A DNA stretch of 64,000 nt from Amphiscolops sp. MND2022 (taxonomy: Eukaryota). The stretch lies in the NCBI GenBank assembly GCA_964187785.1, contig OZ076421.1, forward strand, positions 47,306,001 to 47,370,000, written 5' to 3'. Below are positions 60,189 to 64,000 of this stretch, piece by piece; positions within the stretch are counted from its first letter, which is position 1; the number at the start of each line of letters is the position of its first letter. A program made the position numbers and the translations under genes. The notes under the pieces were generated by a model. It saw only the letters and a program-made list of their open reading frames with translations. It made no database searches and was not told the DNA's origin.

Positions 60189-62986
60189 CGCCTATACTAG
60201 GTTACCATATTTTCCATTACGCTCGTTGACACAGCTACACATTCCAAGAAAAGACCGTCTTGACTGAGTCACACTGAATGACTAGGTTATACATTAAACA
60301 TATTACGCTGTGTGACTGAAAATCTTTTTTTCCACGTGGAGGTTACTTTCATGTTTACATATCCTTCTGTATATGGAAAGCGAACACCTCTAGTACTACC
60401 CAAACCAAACATTCTCGGTCGCCAATAATAAACAGGTCGAAACATAACAACTTGTCAAAATTTCGCGTTCCATGATTGCTCAAGTCGTACAAGAATAAAA
60501 TAAAGTACAGACGATCGCTCAATGACCTTCGCTTACAAGCTTCATATGTTTTCTAGATGTGGGGCACTATTCCGTTTTAACGAATGCTATTACCTGGTGA
60601 CTGCTCCCGTCTATATAAAATGCATGTTTCATCATACTTTTGAGTCTGATTTACTTGTTTTAATGTATGCTCTTCCATATGTTCAAGGGTCGTGCGATTG
60701 AGATCACCCTGAGGCCGACCCTCAAGTGACCTCAATGCTATTGTGACCTTCTTGAAGCTTATCCGTGTCATCTAACGTTCGCAAATGCCGGGTTATAGAG
60801 CCATAGGGTTGATGATGGTCTCCAAGTTACATGATCTGCCCATGGCTTCTCAACTTGTTTACTCAAGGCAGTTACCTCCGGATCAGTCAGAAATAAAGTT
60901 CATTCACGCTAGCAATCAGCTACAATAGGGCTTGCGATTCATTTGACATATTACAAGCCACGATCAAACGCCTCTATTCTGCAGGCCGTGCCTCCGTTCC
61001 CAAATACCTTAATCAATCAGTACTTCTTGCACAATGGATCGATTAATGTAATTTTGTAACATGTACGAAACGATCTTTGGTGAAACATTTTCATGATAGC
61101 CATGATGCTGCTTCAGACGAATAGATGCGAGTATAAGTAACTTTCAAAAAAATCTTGTACAAAGAACAATCATGAAAAATGAAAAATGGCTGTTAAAATT
61201 ATAATGAAGTACTGTTATATAACTGTTGAATAAATGATGTTATAGGCAATGTTGAATATTATACCACCCATGGTGTCAATAAGTTGATAGATTTACAATT
61301 TCATGATGGCAGCACTCTATGATTGATCGATCAACATGAAATCATGATGTATCACGTAACGTCAGATTACCATGACGTAAGATTATCATCGGCTTGTTTT
61401 TGTTTGGCAGGTTGTAAACACGAGGGCCCAATATGCCAATTATTGAACAAACAAAAGCTATGCTTTCTGGAATGACTACATCTGTAGCTCAAGGCCACTG
61501 AGCACCTACAATCATCATCGTACATACTCATAATCAATACCTTTTTCAGACCGCTTTTCCCCTAAATGCGCTATTTCGTTACGTCCACCGGAACTGACTG
61601 TCAACAATTAATTGCAAATAATTGCAGTTAGTTAATTGATTTCATACGTTTACCAATTACAATTAATTGATTGCTCGGTCCAATTAATTGCAATTGATTG
61701 TAATTTTTATACTTACTTTCGTAAACATTTTGAAAGTATGCTTTACCACGTAACGTATTGCTTAACTGGTAATTGGAGAAATTGAACCAGAAAATTCGGT
61801 TGCGGAGTTTATGAAACAACGGAAGCAAACAAAAGCTGAAAATGACAACAGCAACATTGAAACAAGGATTTTATTGGCCGCCTAAATTGGTTCTTTAGTG
61901 TTTCTGGAACTGCATTTGACGAATTTCGCCAAAACATGACACCAATGAAAGCAAAGAAACAATTTTGTGATGAAGAACTCGTTTCAAAATGCTATGCATG
62001 ATAGCAATGAATTGCAATTAATTGATTCATTTTATAAAAAAATTAATTAATTGATAGGAACCTTTAATATTTGATTGTTTTCCAAAAATTAATTTTTTGC
62101 ATCCGCTGAAGTCAGTAGTCAGGTTAGTGTTACTCGAGAATATGACTGGGCCACAGTTGCCAACCAGACAATCAGTCAGCCAAATAATTCCAGTATGTCT
62201 GGCACACATACACATCCAACAAAGTACTTACTCATGTCCTTAATTTCCCATTTCCTCTAACCAATCTCCCAAGTTGGAAAAGTGCCACAATGTAGGTGCG
62301 GCATAGTAGTTCTCATATAAGCAACCAACCCCCCCCCCCCCCATTTCACTTCAAAGACGATCCGGTCGGTGCCTTTGGTCTATCAAATTTCGCTTTGTCT
62401 TCTAACTGACTGTTGTTCACATTTGTGAGCTGTGATCAGCTGATTGGCCCCCATCTCAATCACGCGCCCAGGTGTCAATAGGGGCTCATAAATGCATGAC
62501 GTCATAAAGCCCAAGCTCCTGTGGGCAACTGCAATTACCGCATCAGCATCTCAAAGCCAACAAATAAGCACCCCTGACTATCAACACGAACAAACAAAAA
62601 ACAAACCAATATATCCTTCACATGTGGTGATGGGGATGTATTTGATAATTTGGTTGATGACAAAAAGGACAAAACTTCATGCACGGAGTAATTATTGGTT
62701 TGTCGAAAGTTATTTAACATACGAATAAAAACTTTTTTGCAAAGGTCATTTTTATCGTGGTCAAGTTTCAATTTTGCCGAAGTCAACTTTTTGAAACTCC
62801 TTTCTGCTCCCACCCCTCCTGCCACTCCACCACCGAAAATTATGAAATTAAATTTGGAATTCTTTTTCATACTGGCCAGAATAAAAGTGGAACCTTTTCC
62901 CGTAACATCAATTTAGTTGTTTCTATTGGACAAGTTTGAACAAAACATTTTTTCAATCATTTGGACCAGTGATGGTTGTTATACGG

Positions 62987-63078
62987 TGTCGCAGGCTGCC
63001 TCATGTGATGGCATATTCTACCAAATTATGCCAGACGACAACCAGAGCAACCCGGGACCAGGAATCTTGCCCATATAG
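62987..63078 (+). mobile_element. Start of a fourth, related LTR (extent unknown)
   Basis: TGTCGCAGGCTGCCTCATGTGATGG; frame VSQAASCDGIFYQIMPDDNQSNPGPGILPI*. Confidence 0.6.
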
Positions 63079-64000
63079 AAGACATTTTAAACTATCTTGA
63101 AATCTTAAAACAACAAACTGGTGTATTTAATACTGTTAAAATTAATACAAGGGTAAGATAGACCAGTACGTACTATTTCGTAATTTTGACCAAGGGTCAA
63201 TTTGACAGCAACTTACTACTTAAATTATTTTGAATACTGTTTTTATTATCATTTTGTTTGTAGTTTGCTTAGTTATTATATTACAAACACGTTGTGTCAA
63301 ATATGTTAAGTGCATTAGTTTCGTAATTGTGTTATAGAACAAGCTGTGTCACGACCCGCTCCCGGTCGTGGGTGTGAATGGTGTTTCGCCCTAGGAAGAG
63401 GCAGAGGAAGGGGATACTGCAAGTACCATTAAAATACTAACTAAACTAATATAATTCTACTTACAGTGCAGCTAAGATTATTTCGTAGATAATTTTTCAG
63501 AATAAGAATCTAACGTATGCGTCACGGAATATTTTGGGAAATGAATTTTAGCTAAAACTTCCGGTTAAAAGATTTCACGCTTAATAGATTTTCCATATCC
63601 GGTTTAATCTTCTGAAGTTCGCCATACTGATCTAAATACCAAGATAGACATCTAACAACAGGGATTTTTCTTCAGTTCCACACTAAAATAAAACACATTT
63701 AAAATCCCGCAATCCCAACGGAATCCATACGATCTAAAAGGAAAAATACATAAAAGACAGAGTTGTTTTGGTGTTTTCTGTGATAAAGTAGTTGTCAATA
63801 CCCACTTAAGGCGCAATCAAGTGACTTAAGAGAGGATTTACAACGTAATGACGGCGTCACTCTACTGAGCTAAAATTAGATATTCTACTTTCGCGGACTA
63901 ATAACGTCACCTCCTCGGCAGGATTATTCTTAGCTAGCGCGAGCGGTATTGAATTCGGTTGCCCCTAGCAACGCCAATCAGAATAAGAGAGAAAGAATGA

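Noticed and set aside
60190-62980. Possible host exons or TE fragments in this AT-rich interval (also 8.1-12.3 kb and 41.5-44.1 kb)
   Set aside because: No ORF with a recognisable domain and no consistent splice chain could be supported.
1-64000. Co-orientation of LTR elements suggesting a uni-strand piRNA cluster
   Set aside because: About 6 of 8 elements are on the + strand, which is too few to distinguish from chance, and there are no small-RNA data.

Overview
Eukaryotic, AT-rich, intron-bearing DNA made almost entirely of LTR retrotransposons and their debris. I found no supportable host gene, RNA gene or CRISPR array. Contents from left to right: a decayed BEL/Pao element (1-~8062); degenerate Gypsy remnants and a near-perfect 1.78-kb tandem duplication (13464-17032); a fragment of a large Gypsy element (~18950-23164, with a 200-N gap); and two complete, TSD-bounded giant Gypsy elements, A (25773-40991, TSD GATGA) and B (44128-60188, TSD CGCCT). 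A and B share an unusual design. (1) gag starts 110-190 codons inside the 5' LTR and reads through the PBS. (2) Between pol and the 3' LTR lies a multi-exon ANTISENSE gene (~1130 aa in A, ~1300 aa in B). All hand-traced GT-AG junctions join in frame, three intron positions and phases are conserved between the diverged elements, and the product resembles a catalytically decayed hAT transposase (BED-like zinc finger, RNase-H-like core, dimerisation-like C-terminus). (3) In B and the fragment, a further sense ORF runs into the 3' LTR, whose first ~90 bp encode a peptide (VSQAAxCDG...LPI) conserved across three LTR families. This clade of retrotransposons carrying a spliced, transposase-derived antisense gene is the best candidate for an undescribed system. 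Family assignments come from motif recognition by eye; no database search was run.
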